Positions 20,524-28,354 of a stretch of DNA of 64,000 nucleotides are shown here, one piece after another. The stretch lies in assembly GCA_963836185.1 (NCBI GenBank), contig CAWIIQ010000001.1, positions 2,048,001-2,112,000 on the forward strand. The letters run 5' to 3'. The notes below the pieces were generated by a model. The model ran no database searches. It had not been told where the DNA came from and saw nothing but the letters and a program-made list of their open reading frames with translations. Position 1 is the stretch's first letter. Each line of letters opens with the position of its first letter. Source of the DNA: Candidatus Krumholzibacteriia bacterium (lineage in GTDB: Bacteria > Krumholzibacteriota > Krumholzibacteriia > Krumholzibacteriales > Krumholzibacteriaceae). The translations under genes and the position numbers were made by a program.

Positions 20524-20925
20524 TCAGTTCTCTTGCATCGCTCCAAATCCCGTATCGTCCGCCTCGTGCATGTCGGGGACGTTGATGGCGTGCTCGCCCA
20601 GCCATTGGTTCACCTCGACTCGCTGGAAGCGTCCCTTGGCCCCGACAAGGAACCGGATCAGCTGACCGGGTTTGGCTGGCAGTACCCGGCCTTCCTTCAC
20701 CACGATGGTGCCGTTGACGATCACAAAGGGGATGCCGACCGGCGGCAGCCCGTTCTCGCCCTCCTTGTAGGTCGCGCGGGCAGCGACGGTGGACGGGTCA
20801 AACAGCGTCAGATCGGCAACCTCCCCGACCTGCACGCGTCCGCGCTCCTTCATCGCATCCAGCCCGGTGTCCCCCAGGTGCTTGGCGGTCCAGTAGCTCA
20901 ACTGCGCCAGGGTGAACCCTTGCCT
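20524..20925 (-). pseudogene. C-terminal fragment of N-acyl-D-amino-acid deacylase-like amidohydrolase
   Basis: 'RGRVQVGEVADLTLFDP...GIPFVIVNG.IVV..G' with no N-terminal domain or RBS. Confidence 0.7.
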
Positions 20926-20968
20926 TCTTGCATAAGCGTGGCCATCATCAGGGCAAAAACCATGAAAC

Positions 20969-22408
20969 CTATTCCTCACGACGGAAAATCCGGTGCTGCA
21001 TGCTAAGGAACGCCGGCTTTCCAGACTTGTCACGCAGCAACTGACCAACCGTTCCCCGGAAGGGACCATCTGTCATGATAACCATGTCTTTACCCGCGCT
21101 ACTCATCGAAATCGGGGGAGGGTTCTCATAAACTTTCATTCCTCCTAATGGTTTGTATAAACGCTCAGCCATGAGCTGGTCGTTGTCAAAATAGAGTTTG
21201 TAGTCTTCATTATCCCCTAACCAAAGACCTTCGAAAGGTTCAAGGGAACTACGATCTGCAGTGATTGCAACTAAGGGTATTTTCTCAATATCTAAATACT
21301 TTTTGAGAGCCAGTGCGATTACCGCATCGTACACCTCAATACCACGGTCGCTGTTCGTAAGAACAACAATCCCAAATTTCTTATCCGGTGCAAACAGCAT
21401 CTTGGCGGTAGCCCCTCCCGACCGACCGGCATGAAAAACGGTTCGCACACCGCCGATATCCTCAACGAACCACGCAACGCCGGTGTGTTCACTCAGCTCG
21501 CCTTCGACCAAGGGACTGTGCGCCAGGTCCAGCAACTTTGGAGACAACAGTTGACTGCCGTCCTTGTCCTTACCGTCAAACTGAAATTGCATCCACTTCA
21601 TCATATCACTGACATTACTGAGTATGGCTCCGGCCGGATAGACGCTGCGCGGAAAAGGCGCAAAGCTGACCTGAGGTTCGGACGTCCCGTCATATACTCC
21701 GGCATGGCCAACAGCAAAGCGGTCTGCCATTAGTTCCGCCATGAAGAAGGAGGTGTGCGTCATGCCCAGGGGCAGAAACAACTCGTCCTTAACTTTTTGT
21801 TCATAAGATTTTGCACGGCTTACGCCTTGAATGAGACGTCCTGCAATGATGTAGTTGTTATTGTTGTAGGCCCAGACCTCGCCATAAGGTGTGCGTTGTG
21901 GTAGGAATCGAAAAGACCGCACGGCCTTCTCCAAGGCATCTTCCCCCGAACTGGGATCCTCAAAGTAGTCGCCTTGCCAGCCAGTCCGGTGCTGGAAAAG
22001 GTCGATGACCTTCGCCTTTTCTGAAGCCTCTCTATCCAGGACCGAAAACTCCGGGAGATACTTCCGAACCGGGGCTTCGAGGTCGAGCTCTCCGCGTTCT
22101 GCCATTTTAAGAACCACCGTGGCCGTAAAGGGCTTTGTCGTGGAACCGATATAAAACACGGTGTTTTCAGTGACAGCCTGAGGATCGTCAAGATTGGTAA
22201 TGCCGATGCCGGCCATTTGGACCTTGCCATCGTGAATGATCCCAATGGCTATACCTGGGACTTTGATCTCGTCCATGAGCCGCTGAGCTTCGCTCTTGAT
22301 TTCCTCAAACCTCGTGTCCAGGTTTTCCTGTGCAAATGCCTGTTGGACTGTCATCAATGACGAGACTATTACAGTAAAAAACAGTGCCATGTTTCGTTTC
22401 ATTGTCAT
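20969..22408 (-). CDS. secreted serine hydrolase, beta-lactamase/AmpC-like (cassette)
   Basis: AAGGAG RBS, signal peptide (AFA), STTK, YNN, HAG motifs. Confidence 0.85.
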   Translation of the reverse strand: MTMKRNMALFFTVIVSSLMTVQQAFAQENLDTRFEEIKSEAQRLMDEIKVPGIAIGIIHDGKVQMAGIGITNLDDPQAVTENTVFYIGSTTKPFTATVVLKMAERGELDLEAPVRKYLPEFSVLDREASEKAKVIDLFQHRTGWQGDYFEDPSSGEDALEKAVRSFRFLPQRTPYGEVWAYNNNNYIIAGRLIQGVSRAKSYEQKVKDELFLPLGMTHTSFFMAELMADRFAVGHAGVYDGTSEPQVSFAPFPRSVYPAGAILSNVSDMMKWMQFQFDGKDKDGSQLLSPKLLDLAHSPLVEGELSEHTGVAWFVEDIGGVRTVFHAGRSGGATAKMLFAPDKKFGIVVLTNSDRGIEVYDAVIALALKKYLDIEKIPLVAITADRSSLEPFEGLWLGDNEDYKLYFDNDQLMAERLYKPLGGMKVYENPPPISMSSAGKDMVIMTDGPFRGTVGQLLRDKSGKPAFLSMQHRIFRREE

Positions 22409-22458
22409 CTTGGGTTCTCCTTCTTTGATGTTGCTCTGGTTTGGGTCTTTCTCTTTTA

Positions 22459-22555
22459 GCCTAACGTGAGCTTCAGCTGCGGGCGCCGGCTGGCGCGGCG
22501 GGTGCTCAGCAGCCGCCGTGACGACCAAGACCGTCAGCTGCAAGCAGAGTTAGGA
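22459..22555 (-). repeat. attC
   Basis: Minus: TCCTAAC (contains TAA stop)-TCTGCTTGCAGCTG...CAGCTGAAGCTCAC-GTTAGGC; 97 bp. Confidence 0.9.
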
Positions 22556-23278
22556 TGTTGCCTTTTCTATTCTCACACCCTTTATCAGAAGCCACAGACA
22601 AAGTGACAGTTCTCCGACAAGTGGTGCAATATATATTGGTGCTATGCCCCCTGTATAGTCTGGCCAGAGAAATAGCGTAAAGCTACCAATCACATACCCT
22701 ATTCCCGCAGCATACATGAGAATGCCTAATATCTTTGGGAAATACTCAGAATTGGACAGCAAATAGCCAAGAAACAGACAATGAAGACCAAAGAACACTA
22801 GGCCAAGATCATACCCATGTTTGTGAATATTCAGGAACATCAAAGCTATTGAATTTAGCTGTGATGAGTCAAGAGAACTGAGATAGTCAGTGCCTTTGAG
22901 AACAATCAAAGCCGCAAAGTAATTCAGCAGGTTCACACCATAGATCGCTGTTCCAGTCAGCCTGAATCCCGCTGAAACGAGGGAACCTGTTTTGCTCACA
23001 GACCTAAGCAGAATATACAGCATTATGGCTACAACCACATCACAGAGGAATATTACCAGGTCACAGGCGAAACCAACTCGAAACAAACTTTCAGAAGCTA
23101 GAATGTTGTTTGCAGTCGCAGCAGCATCACCATGCACGATCAGGCTTCCCCGGACGAATACTTCGCTGAAGAGGCCAAAACCGATGATTATCAAGTATAA
23201 GACACCTGTGATCCGGGCATATGTCACAGTGGACATCTCAGATAGACGTGTCATCATATCCCCCTCCTTCCAATCCAT
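22550..23278 (-). CDS. DUF4386 family membrane protein (cassette)
   Basis: 'ARITGVLYL...GDAAATANNILASE..FR...GLVFFG...GELSLCLWLLIKG'. Confidence 0.8.
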   Translation of the reverse strand: MDWKEGDMMTRLSEMSTVTYARITGVLYLIIIGFGLFSEVFVRGSLIVHGDAAATANNILASESLFRVGFACDLVIFLCDVVVAIMLYILLRSVSKTGSLVSAGFRLTGTAIYGVNLLNYFAALIVLKGTDYLSSLDSSQLNSIALMFLNIHKHGYDLGLVFFGLHCLFLGYLLSNSEYFPKILGILMYAAGIGYVIGSFTLFLWPDYTGGIAPIYIAPLVGELSLCLWLLIKGVRIEKATS

Positions 23279-23282
23279 ATCA

Positions 23283-23380
23283 TCCTAACGTGAGCTTCAG
23301 CTGCGGTCGCCGGCTGGCGCGGCGGGTGCCCCGCAGTCGCTGTGACAGACAAGACCGTCAGCTGCAAGCGTGGGTTAGAC
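23283..23380 (-). repeat. attC of first cassette
   Basis: Minus: GTCTAAC-CCACGCTTGCAGCTG...CAGCTGAAGCTCAC-GTTAGGA; 98 bp. Confidence 0.9.
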
Positions 23381-23412
23381 CGTTCTTTTATCTCATACTT
23401 CTGTCAACTAGG

Positions 23413-23817
23413 TTAAAACTTCTGAACCCTAAAATTGAGCGTTCCACTGTATTGACTAAGCACAAGGCGAATCTGCCAGGTACCGGAAGATCCGGTTAAC
23501 GTTGTATCATTCAAGCTTGGTACAAGGATCTTGTCGTAAACAGTCACGTCTCCTGCATCTTTGATTATCAGTCGCGCTGTTCCGTACGTAGTTGAAGTCG
23601 AGTGATTGACTGTGGCCTGTGTTCCAGTGTTGTTCCAATCATAGGGTAGAGTAGCAGTCCGGTTTATGACTCCGGTTGCTTGCAATTGAAAATTGTCAGT
23701 CACATTTGTCACTTCAGGTTGAAATGGAGCCAGAGGATCATCGGAACATTGGTAAAATGTAGGAACACCGATAACGACGAGCAGGAATATTACTGTTTTA
23801 AAAGTGATGCGTTTCAT
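23413..23817 (-). CDS. hypothetical exported/lipoprotein (first cassette)
   Basis: Signal-like N-terminus with Cys (YQCSDD), beta-rich, AT-rich. Confidence 0.7.
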   Translation of the reverse strand: MKRITFKTVIFLLVVIGVPTFYQCSDDPLAPFQPEVTNVTDNFQLQATGVINRTATLPYDWNNTGTQATVNHSTSTTYGTARLIIKDAGDVTVYDKILVPSLNDTTLTGSSGTWQIRLVLSQYSGTLNFRVQKF

Positions 23818-23845
23818 TGGATTCCTTTCTATTCTAGCTCTAGCG

Positions 23846-23870
23846 GTCTAACGTTATGTCTGTTGAACTA
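23846..23870 (-). other. attI recombination site (crossover G|TTAGAC at 23852)
   Basis: Minus GTTAGAC is complementary to R'' GTCTAAC of the first attC but is not preceded by an attC arm; lies next to intI. Confidence 0.8.
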
Positions 23871-23925
23871 GGGTATTGGATATGACTGCGTGGGTGACTA
23901 TGTATCCAATTTCTAGTTCTGGTTT

Positions 23926-23960
23926 ATTATCTCATCAGTTTCCCAAAAATCAACAGCTTA
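23926..23960 (-). promoter_or_regulatory. candidate Pc promoter overlapped by an IHF consensus
   Basis: Minus TTGATT-N16-(TGa)GATAAT; plus AATCAACAGCTTA at 23948-23960 matches WATCAANNNNTTR exactly. Confidence 0.4.
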
Positions 23961-24030
23961 TCTGAAATACCTGGTGTGGCGGGTCAGGGATAGGCTGCAA
24001 TATCTGTTTCGTAAATACTTTTTCTTATTG

Positions 24031-25063
24031 CTACATATCATCCAGAGGGCTCCTAACTCCCCTCCCTCCCCGGTTCAGGACGTGCGTGTAGATCATCGTC
24101 GCAGTGACATCCCGGTGCCCCAGGAGTTCCTGGATAGTCCTTATATCGTAGCCGTTCTCGAGAAGACGCGTCGCGAAGGAATGCCTGAAGGTATGGCAGG
24201 TCGCGTGCTTCGCAATTCCGGCGGCACGGACAGCTTCTTTTACCGCTCTCTGGAGGACCGTCTCATGCAGGTGGTGACGCCTGTACTCACCCGTCTCACC
24301 ATCCCTGTAGAACCTCGTAGCCGGGAACACCCACTGCCATCCCCATTCCCGTGATGCTCCGGGGTATTTTCGGCTCAACGCATCGGGCAGGGCGACCGAA
24401 CCGCGTCCCCTCTTGATATCTTTCCCGTGCTGTTCCCGGACCCGGGAGAGATGTTCCCTGAGACGATCCTTCAGGGTGAGCGGGAGAAGTGTCATCCTGT
24501 CCTTGTTCCCCTTCCCGCTCCTGACTGTGATCTCGCCTCGCTCGAAATCAAGGTCCTTTATCCTCAGCCCGGCGCATTCCGGCAGTCTCATTCCCGAACC
24601 ATAGAGCAGCGACGCCATAAGTCGCGGGGTCCCCTGCATGCGGCTCAGGACTTCCCGCGCTTCGCTATGAGTCAGGACGACCGGGAGCTTCTGAGGCCTC
24701 TTCGCCCTAACGATGCCGTCGAGCCATCCGAGATCGATTTTCAGCACATCCTTGTAGAGAAACAGTATCGCGCTTAGAGCCTGGTTCTGGGTGGAAGCGC
24801 TCACCTTTCTCTCCGTCGCAAGGTGCGAGAGGAACCGGGTCACATCTTCCTCTCCAAGTTCCAGGGATGTCTTTCCCGTTGAAGATGATGAATCGCTTGA
24901 TCCATCTCCTGTACGAATCCTCCGTCCTGCGGCTGTAATGTCTGCCTTGATGGCATACTGACCTGGTCGAGGAGTCTGATCAGTTCCAGGAGTTTGATCT
25001 GGGCGATCTGAGTGGATCCGGGGATCTTTTCTCGCGGACATACGACAGGCCTGTATCCGGCAT
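24031..25063 (-). CDS. intI: integron integrase (N-terminal region carries several 1-nt deletions)
   Basis: Tyrosine recombinase motifs GMRL..C, GKGNKDR, HTFRHS, LGH, TMIYTH plus the integron-specific insertion '[10 protein letters not shown]...W.WVFP...RRHHL'; N-terminus [22 protein letters not shown] recoverable across frames. Confidence 0.95.
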
Positions 25064-25103
25064 CTTCTCTCTCCTGGTTGTAGTGGAGTCCCCCGACAGG
25101 AAG

Positions 25104-25132
25104 ATTTTATTCTTTGTATGGTCGCACGTCAA
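25104..25132 (-). promoter_or_regulatory. sigma70-type intI promoter
   Basis: TTGACG-N17-TAAAAT upstream of AGGAGA RBS and ATG 25063. Confidence 0.65.
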
Positions 25133-25165
25133 GGAGCGGATAAGTCAGAAACAGGACGATCCATG

Positions 25166-25200
25166 AAAAAGGCCGGATGAAATATACCATCCGGCCTTTT
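25166..25200. terminator. intrinsic (bidirectional-looking) terminator after tatA
   Basis: AAAAA-GGCCGGATG-loop-CATCCGGCC-TTTT. Confidence 0.85.
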
Positions 25201-25227
25201 CATTTGCTTTACTGAACCTCGAGGCTC

Positions 25228-25456
25228 TCAGCCCTGCTTGTCGTCCTCGTCTTCTGTGATCTCTTTCGTCTGTCGCCTGGATCTCGTCCTTCACGTCGGC
25301 TGAGGCTTTCTTGAACTTGCGCATCGATTTTCCGATGGCCTCCGCCACTTCGGGGAGCCTGCGCGGCCCGAAGAAGATAAGGATGATGGCGAGGATGATC
25401 AGAAGCTCGGACCAGCCGAGCGGGCCTATCAGCATGAATTGCGGTAATGAAAACAT
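25228..25456 (-). CDS. tatA: twin-arginine translocase TatA/E (3' frameshift likely; true stop about 25228)
   Basis: 'LGWSELLIILAIILIFFGPRRLPEVAEAIGKSMRKFKKA'. Confidence 0.9.
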
Positions 25457-25470
25457 CTTTATCCTGCCTC

Positions 25471-25740
25471 CTAGCAGTACATCCTCAGCATGAATGCCAC
25501 TACGATGATCCCGAGGACGCTGACCAGATTGACCTTGAGCGTAAATCCAATGGTGAACGTAAATACTATCATATCGAGGTGCGCGGGTCCGACACGGAAT
25601 TCCTTGCCCGAGACGAAAAGTTCGCGGATCACGTTTCCCTCGGGGAGAAGCAGGCCGATCACTTCGCCGACCACGCTTCCAAGGACCACTCCTAGAAAGA
25701 AAACGAGAGCTATCATTCCTATTCGTCTCTTAGTGTGCAA
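25471..25740 (-). CDS. DUF4321-like small membrane protein
   Basis: 'GSVVGEVIG...LDMIVFTFTIG..LKVNLVSVLG'. Confidence 0.7.
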   Translation of the reverse strand: MHTKRRIGMIALVFFLGVVLGSVVGEVIGLLLPEGNVIRELFVSGKEFRVGPAHLDMIVFTFTIGFTLKVNLVSVLGIIVVAFMLRMYC

Positions 25741-25777
25741 TCCGTCACCTCCGTCAAATCAATGTAACATCAATCGG

Positions 25778-26206
25778 TCAGGGCTGCAACCTGAGCCTTT
25801 CCCTGTCCCAGCCGATTATGAGGGTGGCGTCGATCCGGGGCCGCTCCTGGATCTGGATGATGACCCTCGAGACTCCGAGCCTTCTCGAGAGCCTCTTCAT
25901 CAGCTCGGGGTTCCCCTTCCTGTCTACCAGGACCGTCTCCCTGTAGTCGAAACGCTGCGCGTTCCCCTCTATCAGAACGTCTATCCCCATGCTGCGCAGC
26001 TTCATCGTCACGTCCCTGGCCACACCGGGCTCCCCCGTGCCGTTGAGGACCTCTATCTGGAAGGGTTCCTCCGGGACCGACAGGTTCCTTCCTATCCCCG
26101 ACCATCTCACGGCGATCGAGAAGGCCATCAGTAGAAGGGCCAGGACGATTATCACCGCCGCCGGGGCGATCGATCTCTTCTTTTTTTTCTTCTTCTTCGC
26201 GGCCAT
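25778..26206 (-). CDS. LytR C-terminal domain protein
   Basis: TM then 'IEVLNGTGEPGVA...GNA...DATLIIGWD'. Confidence 0.8.
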   Translation of the reverse strand: MAAKKKKKKKRSIAPAAVIIVLALLLMAFSIAVRWSGIGRNLSVPEEPFQIEVLNGTGEPGVARDVTMKLRSMGIDVLIEGNAQRFDYRETVLVDRKGNPELMKRLSRRLGVSRVIIQIQERPRIDATLIIGWDRERLRLQP

Positions 26207-26209
26207 TCC

Positions 26210-26698
26210 TCAGGGCCCCTGTTCGAAATAAGGGCGAAGCTTCTTCCACGATCCTTCCAGTTCCTCGGAGACGACCCTTGTCTCGGCAAGCGCCGTCATG
26301 AAGTTCGTATCGCCCGTCCACCTCGGGACGAGGTGGAAATGGATGTGCCCCACTATCCCCGCACCGCCGCTCTCGCCCCTGTTCACCCCTATGTTCATGC
26401 CCTGCGGAGCGTATGCCTCCTCGAGAGCCTTCTCGCAGAGGGCGAGATACTCGATGAGCTCGGCTCCCTCCTCGGGCGTTATATCCTGAAGACTTCCGAT
26501 ATGGCGGTTGGCTACTATCATCACGTGGCCGTTGGTATATGGAAAGGTGTTGAGGATGACGAACCAGTGTGCGCCTCTCTTGAGTATGCCGACGAGGGCT
26601 TCGTCCTCCTCCTTCCGGATATCGCAGAAGAGGCAGCCGCCGGTCTTCTCCATCGTGAAATACCTGCTCCTCCAGGGGGCGTACACTCTATCGATCAC
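26210..26698 (-). CDS. HIT family hydrolase (Ap4A phosphorylase-like)
   Basis: 'APWR..Y','CLFC','LN.FPY.NGH','HIHFHLVPRW.GDTNFM'. Confidence 0.9.
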   Translation of the reverse strand: MIDRVYAPWRSRYFTMEKTGGCLFCDIRKEEDEALVGILKRGAHWFVILNTFPYTNGHVMIVANRHIGSLQDITPEEGAELIEYLALCEKALEEAYAPQGMNIGVNRGESGGAGIVGHIHFHLVPRWTGDTNFMTALAETRVVSEELEGSWKKLRPYFEQGP

Positions 26699-27450
26699 CC
26701 TTCATCATCCTTTCGGCCAATGCCAGCTGGTCCCGGTCGTTTATACCCATCACCTCGTCGGCGTTCTCTATCTTGAATACGGCGACCCTTAGGCCATCGT
26801 TGCGCAGTATCCCCATCACATCTGTGAGGTAGTACTCTCCCTGGACGTTAGTAGTATCGACCTTTTCGAGCGCCGAAAAGAGGATATCGCTGTCGAAGCA
26901 GAACATCCCGCTGTTGTACTCGCCTATCCTTCGCTGCTTCTTCCGTAGCGTCCTTGTGTTCGACGATACCGAGGAGGTCGCCCTTGTCGTCCCTGAGTAT
27001 CCTCCCGTAACCGGAGGCGTCCTCCACCTCCGCCGACATGACCGTGGCCGATGCACCCGATTCCCCGTGGAAACGGAGGAAGGCGGCGAGAGTGCTCTTC
27101 TCAAGCAGGGGGGTATCCCCCGTAAGGACCATGATCGTCCCTTCGAAGCCCTCCAGCGCCGGCCTGGCCTGCATGACAGCGTGGCCCGTTCCAAGGCGTT
27201 CGCTCTGCAGGGCGAAGGTGAGGCCCCTGTTGACGGAATCGTCGCCTGAGAGACGCTGCTTTACCGCCTCAGCCTGGTGCCCGACTACGACCACTGTTCG
27301 CGAGGGCGATACCTCGCTGAGCGCGTTGAGCACGTGCACGATCATCGGGTACCCGTTTATCTCGTGGAGGACCTTCGCCAGGTCCGATTTCATCCTCGTC
27401 CCTTCGCCCGCGGCGAGGATTACCGCGGCGACAGCGCCTTCACCATTCAT
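26688..27450 (-). CDS. glmU: GlmU-like nucleotidyltransferase, N-terminal domain only (frameshift near 26940)
   Basis: 'ILAAGEGTRMKS..KVLH','LGTGHAV','GYGRI', then 'EYNSG...QGEYYLTD...GIND' in the other frame. Confidence 0.8.
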
Positions 27451-28354
27451 ATCTGCTCCATTCGGGAAATTCCAGAAGCGTCTCGGCCGGCCCGTCCGGG
27501 CTGATCCTGATCGCCATGTTGTCTATCAGTCTCGTTGTTCCGAGCCTCCCCGCCGCGGCGAGGAGGATGGTCCCCTCGGCCGATTTTACCGGCTGAAGGG
27601 TCGCTCCGTCCACGCATTCGACATAATCTATCTCGAAACCTGCTTCGGTCATCGAGGTCTTTACCATGCTTATAAGTTTCGCCGCGTCTTTCTCGCCATT
27701 TCGGACAGCTTCGGCTGCTTTCAACAGCCCCGAGCGCATTGCCGGCGCGCTGCTTCTCTCCCCGGGGGACAGGTACCTGTTTCGCGAGCTCATCGCGAGG
27801 CCGTCCTCCTCCCTGACCGTCGGGCCCAGGAATATCCTGACCGGGAAGTCGAGGTCGGCGGCCATCCTCTGGATGATCACGGCCTGCTGCGCGTCCTTCT
27901 GGCCGAAGAAGGCGTAGTCGGGGCCGATTATATTAAACAGCTTCGCTACGACGAGGAGCACCCCGTCGAAATGGCCGGGCCTCGAGGCGCCGCAGAGGTG
28001 GTCGCCGAGGCCTGATATGCTGACAGTGGTGCTGTCCGAGTCTTTGTACAGGGAGTCCTTTTCGGGCATGAACAGGAGATCGCAGCCGAGCTGCTCGAGG
28101 ATCCGCGTGTCCTCTTCCTCTGTCCTGGGGTACTTGTCGAGGTCCTCCCCCTCACCGAACTGCTTCGGGTTGACGAAGAGGGATACCACGGTGAAGTCGG
28201 AGTGCTCGAGCGACATCTTCACGAGGCTGATGTGCCCCTCGTGGAGTGCGCCCATCGTGGGGACGAGGCCGACGCTGAGTCCTTTCCGTCTTACACCGGA
28301 GAGGATCCCGGCGGCCTCAGCGGCCGATGTTGCCTTTTTCATCTTCCGGGTCAT
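27440..28354 (-). CDS. panC: pantoate--beta-alanine ligase
   Basis: 'VPTMGALHEGH','RPGHFDGV','FGQKD','GLAMSSRN','RLIDN'. Confidence 0.95.
   Translation of the reverse strand: MTRKMKKATSAAEAAGILSGVRRKGLSVGLVPTMGALHEGHISLVKMSLEHSDFTVVSLFVNPKQFGEGEDLDKYPRTEEEDTRILEQLGCDLLFMPEKDSLYKDSDSTTVSISGLGDHLCGASRPGHFDGVLLVVAKLFNIIGPDYAFFGQKDAQQAVIIQRMAADLDFPVRIFLGPTVREEDGLAMSSRNRYLSPGERSSAPAMRSGLLKAAEAVRNGEKDAAKLISMVKTSMTEAGFEIDYVECVDGATLQPVKSAEGTILLAAAGRLGTTRLIDNMAIRISPDGPAETLLEFPEWSRYEW

Larger units (their letters stand above)
3565..25132 (-). mobile_element. Chromosomal integron (reversed intI orientation) with gene-cassette array; left boundary inferred
   Basis: Integron integrase at 24031-25063, attI-like core at 23846-23852, 7 clear plus several degenerate attC sites, about 30 short co-oriented accessory ORFs. 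Confidence 0.85.

Noticed and set aside
17994-23380. Repeats as a CRISPR array or REP elements
   Set aside because: Repeats are 63-100 bp, separated by whole genes and bounded by RYYYAAC/GTTRRRY; no cas genes. They are attC sites.
25064-25140. LexA/SOS box at the intI promoter
   Set aside because: No CTGT-N8-ACAG or GAAC-N4-GTTC match seen; a lineage-specific box cannot be excluded.
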